A DNA stretch of 64,000 nucleotides from Acidobacteriota bacterium (GTDB taxonomy: Bacteria; Acidobacteriota; UBA6911; RPQK01; JAJDTT01): the NCBI GenBank assembly GCA_965263035.1, contig OZ253580.1, positions 832,001 through 896,000 on the forward strand, in the 5' to 3' direction. Under the pieces are notes generated by a model, which was not told where the DNA came from, did not search any database, and saw only the letters and a list, made by a program, of their open reading frames with translations. Positions 1 through 9,773 of the stretch are shown in pieces. The first letter of the stretch is position 1. Every line of letters starts with the position of its first letter. The position numbers and the translations under genes were made by a program.

Positions 1-148
1 TCCGTTTAAATCCCAGTTCCCGCACGGCCGGAGCCAACTCGCGGACCGAACGCTCACCGAATATCAGACGGGTGGAAGCCTCGAAGACGAACGATTTCAT
101 GGGATCCGCAGGCAGGTTAGCACGGGCCTCGATCCGGGGCCATGGAAT

Positions 149-584
149 TCAGTCCTGCAACGGACTCCGAGTGACCAAGCCGGGAAAACGGCTGAAGTCC
201 CGGTCGACCGTCCAAAACTCCGTGACGCCGGACGCGATACAGATCGCCGCAATCCTTGCATCGTGCACCATCGCTCCTCTCACTCTTCCGTTTTCGAGTT
301 GTTCCTTGAGGAAATTCCAGTGCGTGTCGGTTTCGGCGAGCAGTTCCGCAACCGGGGATTCCAGCCACGCTTCGACCTGGTTCACGGCCTCGGTGATCGT
401 CGACGGCGGATCATAGATTCGAGGGTGGGTCACAATGGCCAGGAACTCGTGAATACACGGCCACGGCAACCCCCAACTCACCCGGCCTGGGGCAAGTGAC
501 TCGAGACAGGATTTCGCGGGCCCATGCCACTCGGAGTCGGCGCGGTGAGCGTTGACAAGAATATTTGGTATCCGCGGCTAACAA
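149..584 (-). pseudogene. vapC: VapC-family PIN-domain toxin, frameshifted near the 5' end (real lesion or assembly indel)
   Basis: The C-terminal frame reads WPCIHEFLAIVTHPRIY...VHDARIAAIC...WTVDRDFSRFPGL (PIN motifs). The N-terminus TTG-TTA-GCC-GCG-GAT-ACC (MLAADT) starts at 584 and is one base out of frame with AAT-ATT-CTT-GTC (NILVNAHR); the extra A lies at 564-566. Confidence 0.8.
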
Positions 585-826
585 CTGCCTCGGTCCTTAT
601 AGATGGTTTCGCGAATGCGCGGCCAATCGGCGCCGCGATAGGACGGGTCCAAGCCCCGGCCACCGACACCGGCATCCTTCAACTTGAAGCGATGCCGCCG
701 GCTGTCGGCGCGCAACGCCATGCACAGCCCACGTTCGATCAGTGAACGTAGCCTGACGTTCTCCTTGGCCGCGTGGGCCTTGGCCTTTCCGGCGAGGCCG
801 TCGGCAATCTCGATGGTGGTTTTCAT
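578..826 (-). CDS. VapB-like antitoxin
   Basis: MKTTIEIADGL...LRSLIERGL ribbon-helix-helix-like N-terminus, 82 aa; its stop overlaps the start of the PIN toxin. ATG at 826 preferred over the ORF-track start at 904. Confidence 0.8.
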   Translation of the reverse strand: MKTTIEIADGLAGKAKAHAAKENVRLRSLIERGLCMALRADSRRHRFKLKDAGVGGRGLDPSYRGADWPRIRETIYKDRGSC

Positions 827-1011
827 ACGAGGCTCCGTTCCGTCCGATATGGCTCTACAGCTTACTTGTGCCGGCAGCCGGATCAAGAGGAATGTGGCGA
901 GCATCCAGACTCCTTAGCATGTAAACTCGCCCGTGGCCGCAGGGATACGGGACGGGAGATTTTGCGCCTCGACGGCGGATCGAGTCCCGACAGACCTGGG
1001 ATGAACGTCCA

Positions 1012-2112
1012 GTGAATTCAAACAACAACGCCCACGTCGAATTCGAGAACGTCAGCAAGAGTTATGACGGCCGGACGCTGGTGGTTCGGGACCTGAACCT
1101 GAGCGCCGCCGAGGGGGAGTTCCTGACTCTGCTGGGGCCGTCCGGCTCCGGCAAGACCACCTGTCTGATGATGCTCGCCGGCTTCGAAGCGCCCACCTCC
1201 GGCACCATCCGAATCGACGGACGGTCGGTGCACGACCTGCCCCCCCGCAAACGCGGCATCGGCGTGGTTTTCCAGAATTACGCCCTGTTTCCGCACATGA
1301 CGGTGGGGGGCAACTTGGCGTTTCCCCTGGAAGTGCGGGGTCTCGATCCGAAGGAGATCCGGGAGCGCGTCCGGCGGGCCCTGGAACTGGTCCGCCTGGA
1401 GGGCATGGAGGACCGGCGACCCGCCAAGCTATCAGGCGGCCAGCAACAACGCGTGGCCATCGCCCGTGCACTGGTTTTCGAGCCGCGTCTGGTCCTGATG
1501 GATGAACCCCTGGGCGCCCTCGACCGCCGGCTGCGCGAGGAGATGCAATTCGAGGTCCGGCGCATCCAGCGGAGCTTGGCCGTGACCGTCGTCTACGTGA
1601 CCCATGATCAGCAGGAGGCGATGGCCATGTCTGATCGCGTCGCCGTCTTCGAGCAGGGCCGCATCGAGCAGGTCGCCCCGCCAGAAGTCCTCTACGAAGA
1701 GCCGGAACGCCAGTTCGTCGCCCAATTCATCGGAGACAACAATCTTCTGTATGGAAACGTTGTCGCCGCCGACGGTGACTTCTGCCGGGTGGACACCGGC
1801 GGCGGGATCGTCAGGGCGTTCCGGATCGCGCCCAGCCGGGTCGGGGACACGGTGGCCCTTGCCATTCGTCCGGAACGAGTCTCCCTGGCACCCAAGCCGG
1901 GCGTCTACCACAACGAGTTCGACGCCCGAATCGACGACATCATGTTTCTGGGCGATCACCTGCGGCTCCGCCTGACGGTCTGCGGCCACTCGGATTTCGT
2001 CGCCAAGATTCCCAACATCGTGGGGCACGGGGCGGTGTTGGAAGGGGACCAGATCCGCATCGGCTGGGCGCTCACCGACTGCCGGGCGCTGGAAGCCCCG
2101 GGCCAGGAGTGA
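1012..2112 (+). CDS. Polyamine-type ABC transporter ATP-binding subunit (PotA-like)
   Basis: Walker A GPSGSGKT, VFQNYALFPHM, LSGGQQQR signature, LMDEP Walker B, YVTHDQ, C-terminal TOBE-like region. Confidence 0.93.
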   Translation: MNSNNNAHVEFENVSKSYDGRTLVVRDLNLSAAEGEFLTLLGPSGSGKTTCLMMLAGFEAPTSGTIRIDGRSVHDLPPRKRGIGVVFQNYALFPHMTVGGNLAFPLEVRGLDPKEIRERVRRALELVRLEGMEDRRPAKLSGGQQQRVAIARALVFEPRLVLMDEPLGALDRRLREEMQFEVRRIQRSLAVTVVYVTHDQQEAMAMSDRVAVFEQGRIEQVAPPEVLYEEPERQFVAQFIGDNNLLYGNVVAADGDFCRVDTGGGIVRAFRIAPSRVGDTVALAIRPERVSLAPKPGVYHNEFDARIDDIMFLGDHLRLRLTVCGHSDFVAKIPNIVGHGAVLEGDQIRIGWALTDCRALEAPGQE

Positions 2113-2121
2113 GGACACCTC

Positions 2122-3237
2122 ATGACCAAGAAACGACCCGAAACCCCGACATCGCCTCTGGCCCGGGCCGCGGGGATCCTTTCCCTCACCCTCTTTGCAT
2201 GGAGCCAGAATGCCGCAGGCGCCGAATCGGTGACCGTGGTCTCCTGGGGAGGCTCCTACGCCCGATCCTACACCAAGGCCGTACTCCAGCCGTTCACCGC
2301 CGCCACCGGAATCGAGGTCCGCTTGGAGGACTACAACGGCGGACTGGCCCAGATCCGGGCTCAGGTGGAGACGGGCAACGTTCACTGGGACGTGGTGGAT
2401 CTGGAAATGGCGGACGCGGTGTTGGGTTGTGACGAAGGTCTCCTGGAACCGATCGACGCCGGCGACCTCCCGCCGGGACCGGACGGCACGCCGGCCGAGC
2501 AGGATTTCTTCCCTGAGACGCTCACCGAGTGCGGCATCGGCGTGGTCTTCTATTCCACGATCTACGCCTACAACAAGGAGAAATTCCCTGGCTCGAAGCC
2601 GGCCACCATCGGCGACTTCTTCGACCTGGAGAAGTTCCCGGGCCGGCGGGGAATGCGCCGGACCCCCGTGGTCAACCTGGAGTTCGCGTTGATGGCGGAT
2701 GGCGTGCCGATCAAGCAAGTGTACGCCACACTCGGAACGCCTGAGGGGGTGGACCGAGCCTTTCGAAAGCTCGACACCATCAAGGAACACATCATCTGGT
2801 GGGAAGCGGGCGCCCAACCGCCGCAGCTGCTCGCCGACGGCGAAGTGCTGATGAGCACGGCCTACAACGGCCGCATCTTCAACGCCCAAGTGCTGGAGAA
2901 CCAGCCCTTCGCCGTGGTCTGGGACGGTCAGGTTCTGGACTGGGGCCAGACGTCCATCGTGGCGGGAACACGCAACCTGGAGGCAGCGCGGCAGTTCGTC
3001 GCCTTCGGGGCCAGGACCGAGTCCATGGCCGCCATCGGCCGCTACATCTCCTACAGTCCGGTGCGGCGTTCCGGAACGGCACTCGTTTCAACGCACCTGG
3101 AGACCGGGGTGGACATGGCGCCACACATGCCCACGACCCCCGCAAACGTGGCTCATGCCCTGCACAGTGATTGGGAATGGTGGAGCGATCACTCCGACGA
3201 GGTGAACGAGCGCTTCAGCGCGTGGCTGGCGCGCTGA
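2122..3237 (+). CDS. Polyamine-type ABC transporter substrate-binding protein (PotD/PotF-like)
   Basis: Signal peptide, TVVSWGGSY, WDVVD, DFFDLEKFPGRRG, EFALMADGV, AYNGR motifs. Confidence 0.9.
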   Translation: MTKKRPETPTSPLARAAGILSLTLFAWSQNAAGAESVTVVSWGGSYARSYTKAVLQPFTAATGIEVRLEDYNGGLAQIRAQVETGNVHWDVVDLEMADAVLGCDEGLLEPIDAGDLPPGPDGTPAEQDFFPETLTECGIGVVFYSTIYAYNKEKFPGSKPATIGDFFDLEKFPGRRGMRRTPVVNLEFALMADGVPIKQVYATLGTPEGVDRAFRKLDTIKEHIIWWEAGAQPPQLLADGEVLMSTAYNGRIFNAQVLENQPFAVVWDGQVLDWGQTSIVAGTRNLEAARQFVAFGARTESMAAIGRYISYSPVRRSGTALVSTHLETGVDMAPHMPTTPANVAHALHSDWEWWSDHSDEVNERFSAWLAR

Positions 3238-3267
3238 GGAAGCCACAGGTCCGGGCGGCGGGCCCTG

Positions 3268-4422
3268 GTGCTCCCGTTGTCGGCTTTCATCCTGGTGACC
3301 TTCGTGGCGCCGCTGGTGACCATGCTGACGCGCAGCGTCTACGATCCCATGGTCGCCGACGCGATGCCCGAAACACTGGCTCTGTTGCGCGAGTGGGACG
3401 GCAAGGACGCTCCTGCCGAGGCGGTCTTCGAGGTGGCCTCGCGCGAAATGCTGAAGGCGCGCCAGGACCGGAGTCTGGGACGGGTGGCGACGCGCGTCAA
3501 CCGGGTGGAAGCTGGGCTGCGCAGCGTCGTCATGAAGAGCGCCCGCAGACTGCGGCGCCTGAAGGAGGTGGACTCCTGGCGCGACGCCATGATCTCCGTC
3601 TCGCCCGAATGGGGTGAGGCGAAGACCTGGCGCGCGATTCGCCGTGCGGGCGAGCGGATCACGACGCGACACTATCTCCACGCCCTGGATCTGCAGCGTG
3701 ACGCCGACGGCAGCGTCGTTCTCCAGCCACCGCAGCGGCGCGTCTATCTTCCGCTTCTGAGGCGCACCCTGGCCGTGAGCCTGGGCATCACCGTACTGTG
3801 TCTCCTGCTGGGGTATCCGCTGGCATATCTCATCGCCCACGCGCCGCCCCGGAGAGCCAACCTCCTGTTGTTGCTGGTGCTGGTTCCCTTCTGGACGTCG
3901 CTTCTGGTGCGGACCACCTCCTGGATCGTACTGCTCCAAACCGAGGGCGTGGTCAACGACCTGTTGGTGGCGCTGGGACTGATCGCCGACGAAAACCGGA
4001 TCTCCATGATCTACAACATGACCGGCACCGTGGTGGCCATGACCCACGTCCTGCTGCCTTTCATGGTGCTGCCGGTCTACTCGGTCATGCGCACCATACC
4101 GCCGCTGTACATGAGCGCAGCCGCTTCGCTGGGAGCGAGTTTTCCCCAGGCGTTCCGGCGCGTCTACTGGCCGCAGACCCTGCCCGGCGTGGGCGCCGGA
4201 TCGCTGCTGGTGTTCATTCTTTCCATTGGTTACTACATCACGCCCGCATTGGTGGGGGGACAGAGCGGCCAGCTCATTTCCAACATGATCGCCTATCACA
4301 TGCAGCAATCGTTGAATTGGGGACTCGCCGCGGCGCTCGGCAGCATCCTGCTGGGGTGCGTGGTGGCGCTCTATCTGCTCTACGACCGCGTCGTCGGCAT
4401 CGACCGCATGAGGTTGGGGTGA
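3268..4422 (+). CDS. ABC transporter permease (PotB-like); 5' end uncertain
   Basis: LLGYPLAY, PFWTSLLVRT, HVLLPFMVLP, EAA-like AAASLGA loop, GYYITPALVGG. Confidence 0.9.
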   Translation: MLPLSAFILVTFVAPLVTMLTRSVYDPMVADAMPETLALLREWDGKDAPAEAVFEVASREMLKARQDRSLGRVATRVNRVEAGLRSVVMKSARRLRRLKEVDSWRDAMISVSPEWGEAKTWRAIRRAGERITTRHYLHALDLQRDADGSVVLQPPQRRVYLPLLRRTLAVSLGITVLCLLLGYPLAYLIAHAPPRRANLLLLLVLVPFWTSLLVRTTSWIVLLQTEGVVNDLLVALGLIADENRISMIYNMTGTVVAMTHVLLPFMVLPVYSVMRTIPPLYMSAAASLGASFPQAFRRVYWPQTLPGVGAGSLLVFILSIGYYITPALVGGQSGQLISNMIAYHMQQSLNWGLAAALGSILLGCVVALYLLYDRVVGIDRMRLG

Positions 4423-4423
4423 G

Positions 4424-5248
4424 ATGACCGTTTTGGGAGGTGGATGGGAACGCGCCGGCCGGGTCTCCTACCTGGCCTTCTGCGCCGCCGTCTTCCTGTT
4501 TCTGATCGCGCCCATCCTGGTGATCGTCCCGCTCAGCTTCAACGTCGAGCCCTATTTCACCTTTACCGAGGGGATGTTGCGCCTGGACCCGGAAGCGTAT
4601 TCGCTGCGCTGGTACCGGACCGTCGCCGAAGACGAAGGCTGGCGGAGGGCGCTGGCGAACAGCCTCATCATCGGCATCGCGGCGACGGCGTTGGCGACGA
4701 CCCTGGGCACGCTGGCCGCGCTGGGACTGGCGAGTCCCGCCATGCCCGGACGGCCCCTGGCCATGAGCCTGCTGATTTCGCCCATGGTCACGCCGGTCAT
4801 CATCTCGGCGGCGGGCATGTTCTTCTTCTACTCCAAAATGGGGCTGGCCCAGACCCACTTGGGGCTGATCCTGGCCCATGCCGCGCTGGGCACGCCATTC
4901 GTGGTGATCACCGTTACGGCGACACTTTCCGGTTTCGATCCCAATCTGACTCGGGCCGCCGCCAGCCTGGGGGCCGGGCCGGTGCGGACGTTCGCACGCG
5001 TGCAACTGCCGCTCATTGCACCCGGCGTGGTCTCGGGAGCGCTCTTCGCCTTCGCCACGTCCTTCGACGAAGTCGTGACCGTGCTGTTCATGGGAGGGCT
5101 GGATCAGCGCACCATTCCGCGTCAGATGTGGTCCGGAATCCGCGAGGAGATCAGTCCGGCGATCCTGGCCGTCGCCACCTTCCTGATCGCCTTTGCGTTG
5201 GTTTTCATGCTGGTCGTGGAACGGCTGCGCCGCCGTGCGAGTGGGTAG
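4424..5248 (+). CDS. ABC transporter permease (PotC-like)
   Basis: SLRWY, LAHAALGTPFV, AAASLGA, FATSFDEVV motifs. Confidence 0.92.
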   Translation: MTVLGGGWERAGRVSYLAFCAAVFLFLIAPILVIVPLSFNVEPYFTFTEGMLRLDPEAYSLRWYRTVAEDEGWRRALANSLIIGIAATALATTLGTLAALGLASPAMPGRPLAMSLLISPMVTPVIISAAGMFFFYSKMGLAQTHLGLILAHAALGTPFVVITVTATLSGFDPNLTRAAASLGAGPVRTFARVQLPLIAPGVVSGALFAFATSFDEVVTVLFMGGLDQRTIPRQMWSGIREEISPAILAVATFLIAFALVFMLVVERLRRRASG

Positions 5249-5453
5249 CCGGAGGGGACTTTGCTGTCGCCCGCTGGGAGAGGCGGCTTTCTTGCCGCCC
5301 ATTGGGAAGGGCGACTTTCTTGCCGCCTGCTGGGAGAGGTGACTCTCCTGTCGCCTGCTCCGAACAGACGAAGAGGAGGGGGGACTAATCGTCCCCCCTA
5401 AGCGGCGGCAAGAAAGCCGCCGCTCCTGTTCGGCGACTGGAAGTCGCCGCTCC
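5249..5453. repeat. REP/BIME-like cluster of short palindromic units
   Basis: Direct units with 28-bp period at 5276, 5304 and 5332 (GGGAGAGGCGGCTTTCTTGCCGCC-like) plus a degenerate unit at ~5249; central hairpin GGGGGGAC-taatc-GTCCCCCC; inverted units at 5404-5426 and 5432-5453. Confidence 0.75.
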
Positions 5454-5478
5454 GGGCCGCGATCATCGGAGGGGCCTT

Positions 5479-6225
5479 ATGTCAATTGAATCCCCTGCCG
5501 ACTATGAGGGACTTGTCCGCGTCGGAAGGGTTGTCGCTGCAACCCTGAAGTCCATGGCGGACTACGTTCGTCCAGGAGTGTCGACGGCAGATGTGGATCG
5601 GGTTGGCGCACGAGTTCTCAGGCAGCACGGGGCGCGGTCCGCGCCCCAGAAATTCTATGGCTTTCCTGGAGTCAATCTGATCAGCGTCAACGATGAGATC
5701 GTACATGGTGTTCCCGGTGACCGCGTACTACGACCCGGGGATCTGGTGAGCCTGGACGTCACCGCCGAGTTGGATGGATACATTGCGGATGCGGCGACGA
5801 CCGTGCCGTTGGCGCCGTATTCCAGGAAAGCCGCGAGATTGTGTCGATGTGCCAGAAAGGCCTTTGAGGAGGCGGCGGCTGTTGCCCGGGCCGGAAGACC
5901 CATCCATTGCATTGGCCGAGCAGTCGAACGAGAAGTGAGACAACGGGGATTTACGGTGCTCGGAGAGTTGGCCGGTCATGGAACAGGCAGACGCATCCAC
6001 GAGGATCCGGTCGTTTCCAACGTCTACTGCCCGACCGACATCCAGCCGTTGACCGACGGCCTCGTCCTCACCATCGAGCCCTTGATCGCCGAACGGTCGG
6101 AGAGAGTCTTCGAGGACGACGACGGGTGGACTTTGCGAACGGCCGGCGGTGATCTGTCCGCTCACTACGAACACACCCTCGTGATCACGAAAGGCAAGCC
6201 GATTCTACTCACGGCGGCGGCGTGA
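5479..6225 (+). CDS. map: Methionine aminopeptidase type I
   Basis: ISVNDEIVHGVP, SLD...DGYIAD, GHGTG..IHEDP, TIEP, SAHYEHT metal-binding motifs; GGAGG RBS. Confidence 0.95.
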   Translation: MSIESPADYEGLVRVGRVVAATLKSMADYVRPGVSTADVDRVGARVLRQHGARSAPQKFYGFPGVNLISVNDEIVHGVPGDRVLRPGDLVSLDVTAELDGYIADAATTVPLAPYSRKAARLCRCARKAFEEAAAVARAGRPIHCIGRAVEREVRQRGFTVLGELAGHGTGRRIHEDPVVSNVYCPTDIQPLTDGLVLTIEPLIAERSERVFEDDDGWTLRTAGGDLSAHYEHTLVITKGKPILLTAAA

Positions 6226-6327
6226 TGGATTCCGGCGCCACCTAGCCGGTGTTCCCCAGTCGGGTTGCCTTCCTTCCCATACGTGTGGTGAAATCCGAGC
6301 CTGACGGCTATCGGCAGGGAGGGGTTC

Positions 6328-6579
6328 ATGGGGAACAAGTCGACACGACGACTCGTCTACGCGGTTCTGTTGCTCGTATACCTGCTCCATAACGACCTCT
6401 GGCTCTGGCACGATTCCAGCATCGTCCTGGGCCTTCCAGTCGGCCTCCTCTACCATGTCGGCTTCTGCGCGGTGGCCTCGGTGATCCTGTTCCTCCTGGT
6501 TCGCTTCTGTTGGCCCCTTCCGCACCAGTCCTCACTGGCCGCCCCCGGGACATCGCATAAGGACGAGGCACAGCCGTGA
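6328..6579 (+). CDS. Small membrane protein (DUF3311-like), partner of the SSS transporter
   Basis: Two hydrophobic segments, LHNDLWLW..LGLPVGLLYH; GTGA overlap with the symporter. Confidence 0.8.
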   Translation: MGNKSTRRLVYAVLLLVYLLHNDLWLWHDSSIVLGLPVGLLYHVGFCAVASVILFLLVRFCWPLPHQSSLAAPGTSHKDEAQP

Positions 6580-8039
6580 TCATCCCCATCATCTTCGTCT
6601 ACCTGGCTCTCGTGATCCTCGTCGGCAGCTTGAGCCACCGGCTCTTCCGCGGTACGGGAGAGGACTATTTCGTCGCCACTCGAAGCATCGGCCCCTTCGT
6701 CCTTCTCATGTCCCTGTTCGGTACGAACATGACGGCCTTCGCACTGCTGGGCGCATCGGGGGAGGCTTATCACGAGGGGATCGGAGTCTTTGCCCTGATG
6801 GCGTCGTCTTCGGCTCTGATCATTCCCAGCGTTTTCTTCTTCGTGGGGACCCGTCTCTGGGCCATCGGGAAACGGGAAGGCTACATCACACAGGTTCAGT
6901 ATTTTCGGGCACGTTGGGGTTCCGACCGCCTGGGACTTCTCCTGTTCGTGGTACTGGTGGGGTTGGTGGTGCCCTACCTGTTGATCGGGGTGATGGCGGG
7001 AGGAGTCACCCTGAACCAGGTGACCGACGGCCAGATTCCCGAATGGCTGGGCGGCCTCATCGTCTGCGCAGTGGTCCTGACCTATGTATCCACCAGCGGT
7101 TTGAGAGCCACCGCCTGGGTGAACACTTTTCAGACCCTGGTATTCATGATCCTGGGCGCCGTGGCGTTCGTGGTGATCACCCGCAAGCTGGGAGGCCTGT
7201 CCCAGGGACTGGAGCGGGTCATGGAAACCCATCCCGAGCTCCTGATCCGAGGCGAACTCATCACCCCACTTCAGCTTCTGAGCTACACCTGCATCCCTCT
7301 CTCGGTGGGAATGTTCCCCCACATGTTCATGCACTGGCTGTCGGCGCGGCGGGCCGAGGCCTTTCGCTTCCCTCTCATGGTTTACCCGCTGTGCATCGCG
7401 GCGGTCTGGGTGCCGAGCGTCCTGTTGGGGATCTTGGGCCGAGTCGACTTCCCCGAACTGACGATCGGACAGGCCAACTCCGTTTTGATCAAGATGATCG
7501 CGCTGCACTCGCCGGAGATCGTGGCCGGGCTCCTGGCGGCCGGGGTGCTGGCCGCCGTCATGTCCTCGCTGGACTCCCAGTTCCTCTCGCTGGGGAGCAT
7601 GTTCACCGCGGACATCGTTCGCCACTACGGGTTTCACGACCGGATGACCGAGCAGCAGCAAGTGCGGGCTGGACGGCTGTTCGTGGTCGGCCTGGTGGCC
7701 GTCATCTATCTCCTCTCTCTGGTCACCGATCGGAGCATCTTCAAGCTGGCGGTCTGGTCCTTCACCGGCTTCGCGGCGCTGTTCCCGGTCGTGGCGGCGG
7801 CCCTGTTCTGGAAGCGAAGCACCAAGTACGGCGCCTATGGCTCGATCCTGAGCGTCGTCGTCCTCTGGATCTATTTCTTCCGCCAGGGCTGGGAGTCACC
7901 CGGATACACGTTGGGGGGCACCGGAGTCATGCCGGTGGCGGTCATCCTGGGAGTCTCTGCCCTGTCGATGATCGTCTTTTCCCTGGTGACGCAACCGCCA
8001 CGGGAATCGGTCCTCCGGAAGTTCTTTCCGCCGTCCTGA
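6576..8039 (+). CDS. Sodium:solute symporter family protein
   Basis: EDYFVATRSIGP, GLRATAW, LAAVMSSLDSQ motifs; ~13 hydrophobic segments. Confidence 0.93.
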   Translation: MIIPIIFVYLALVILVGSLSHRLFRGTGEDYFVATRSIGPFVLLMSLFGTNMTAFALLGASGEAYHEGIGVFALMASSSALIIPSVFFFVGTRLWAIGKREGYITQVQYFRARWGSDRLGLLLFVVLVGLVVPYLLIGVMAGGVTLNQVTDGQIPEWLGGLIVCAVVLTYVSTSGLRATAWVNTFQTLVFMILGAVAFVVITRKLGGLSQGLERVMETHPELLIRGELITPLQLLSYTCIPLSVGMFPHMFMHWLSARRAEAFRFPLMVYPLCIAAVWVPSVLLGILGRVDFPELTIGQANSVLIKMIALHSPEIVAGLLAAGVLAAVMSSLDSQFLSLGSMFTADIVRHYGFHDRMTEQQQVRAGRLFVVGLVAVIYLLSLVTDRSIFKLAVWSFTGFAALFPVVAAALFWKRSTKYGAYGSILSVVVLWIYFFRQGWESPGYTLGGTGVMPVAVILGVSALSMIVFSLVTQPPRESVLRKFFPPS

Positions 8040-8088
8040 TTGGCCGATCCCGCGGAGCGTCCCGGCTCCGGAAGCGCCGGCTGACTAC

Positions 8089-8658
8089 TTACGGTTCGAG
8101 CCAAGTGGCGGCGTCTTCGGGGGTGTCAACGTCCTGGGAGGCCTGGAGGGCAACCTCACCCACCGACGACGCGACACGGGTCAGAGCCCGGGCTCCTCGG
8201 TCTCCCTGCAGCGTCATGATCTGGGGGAAGAGGCTTCGGTCCACCAGGGCCGGGGCTCCCAGCACGCCCTGGTATCGGGAGAGAACCAGGTCACAACTGT
8301 CCGTACGGTGCCGCTCCACCAGGGCTTCCAAGTGTCCCTTCTCCACGAAGGCCTGGTCGGCCAGAAGGATAAGAGCCGCGCCGAACTCTGGTGGAAGAGC
8401 CTCGACTCCCCGGCGCAGGGACGAGGCGAGTCCCTCACGCCATTCCGGGTTCACGACCAGTTCAACTCCGGGAGCATTCACTTCGTTCCCGTACCTCCGG
8501 GGGTAGGCCCCGACCACGACCCACACCGCGTCGCAGACCTGCGCGGCGGTGGTTACGGCATGCGCCAGAAGGCTCTGGCCGCGATGCCGGAGGAGGAGCT
8601 TGGCAGATCCCATGCGCCGGCTCTCGCCGGCGGCCAGAACCACCCCGGCGACGTTCAC
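8089..8658 (-). CDS. Molybdenum cofactor cytidylyltransferase (MocA-like)
   Basis: VVLAAGESRRMGSAKLLL, NPEWREGLASSL, LADQ, GDRGAR, DVDTPED; GTG start at 8658 overlaps the upstream TGA. Confidence 0.88.
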   Translation of the reverse strand: MNVAGVVLAAGESRRMGSAKLLLRHRGQSLLAHAVTTAAQVCDAVWVVVGAYPRRYGNEVNAPGVELVVNPEWREGLASSLRRGVEALPPEFGAALILLADQAFVEKGHLEALVERHRTDSCDLVLSRYQGVLGAPALVDRSLFPQIMTLQGDRGARALTRVASSVGEVALQASQDVDTPEDAATWLEP

Positions 8659-9773
8659 AGCCGATCCGTGAAACGCCGCAGGCTGGCCAGATCCACGACG
8701 GGGGCGAAGGTGTCGGTATGCGGAAGAATGACCCGGATGCCGGCCGTGGCCGGGCGGTATCCGGGAGCGGCTGCCAGCGGACTCAGCCAGAGGAGCCGGG
8801 ACCCGGACTGCTTCAGCCGAATCAAGGCCCGCTCCAACAGGTCCAGGTCTCCCGTGTCCCAACCGTCGCTGAGGACCAGCACCGCCGTTTGCGACCCCAG
8901 TTGGTACGGGTACCGTTCCAGGAAATCGTGGAAGCAGGCTCCGATCCGGGTACCGGTGCTTCTCCGGGGCAGGACTCTGAAGAGCGCCTGCCGTGCACCC
9001 CGCGCACCTCTCGCCTGAAGAGCCCGGGTCAAGCGGTAGAGCCGCGTGCTGAAGGCGAAGACCTCCACCCGCCCCAGACCCCGCTGGGAAGCGCAGGCAT
9101 GGGAGAACTGGAACAGAAAGGAACTGTGGAGCTCCATGGAGCCGCTCACGTCCACCAGGACCACCAGACGGACCCGGTCCAGGCGGCGTCTCCGGAAGAC
9201 CAGGTCCATCAATTCGCCCCCTCGCTGGGTGCTTCGATGGACCGTACGCCTCAGGTCGAGAACTCTTCCGCGGGAACTGAGCCGCCGGCGCCGGGACCTG
9301 CGGCGGGACAACTTCCGGGCCAGACGGCGAACCGTAAGCTTCAACTGGGCGGACTCGGACAGGCCTGGAGGAGGACTTCCCGAGAGGACTTCCAGCGGAC
9401 TGTAGGAGCCCTGCCGGATTTCCCCTTCGGTCTCCGAACCTTGGGACCAAGCCACCAGGCTCAAGCCGAAACGGGGTATGGCTGCTTGAATCCGTTCACT
9501 TTCTTCCGTTCCCGGTTCGGCTCGCCCGTTCCCATCCAGTAATCCACCCTGAAAGTACCTTTTGAACAGGTGGTCGAAGCGCTCGATTTCGCGGGGGCTT
9601 CCGGCAAAGAGGGTCCGGAGCACGTGGAAGAAGTCGCCCCGGTCGGTGGTCCCGAACCTCTGAAGCGCGGTCAAGGCGTCCCCCACCTCCCGGGGGCCTG
9701 CCCTCATCCCCTCGGAGCGCAGAATGCGGGCGAAGGCCGCCACATTCTCCTCCAAGCGACCCGGATAGGACAT
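8655..9773 (-). CDS. CoxE-like VWA domain protein
   Basis: LDLRRT, VVLVDVSGSM (MIDAS), EVFAFSTRL, GTRIG, VLSDGWDTGD; ATG at 9773 overlaps the TGA of the AAA gene. Confidence 0.9.
   Translation of the reverse strand: MSYPGRLEENVAAFARILRSEGMRAGPREVGDALTALQRFGTTDRGDFFHVLRTLFAGSPREIERFDHLFKRYFQGGLLDGNGRAEPGTEESERIQAAIPRFGLSLVAWSQGSETEGEIRQGSYSPLEVLSGSPPPGLSESAQLKLTVRRLARKLSRRRSRRRRLSSRGRVLDLRRTVHRSTQRGGELMDLVFRRRRLDRVRLVVLVDVSGSMELHSSFLFQFSHACASQRGLGRVEVFAFSTRLYRLTRALQARGARGARQALFRVLPRRSTGTRIGACFHDFLERYPYQLGSQTAVLVLSDGWDTGDLDLLERALIRLKQSGSRLLWLSPLAAAPGYRPATAGIRVILPHTDTFAPVVDLASLRRFTDRL

Noticed and set aside
5249-5453. CRISPR array
   Set aside because: The units abut without unique spacers, occur in both orientations, and there are no cas genes; this fits REP-like repeats.
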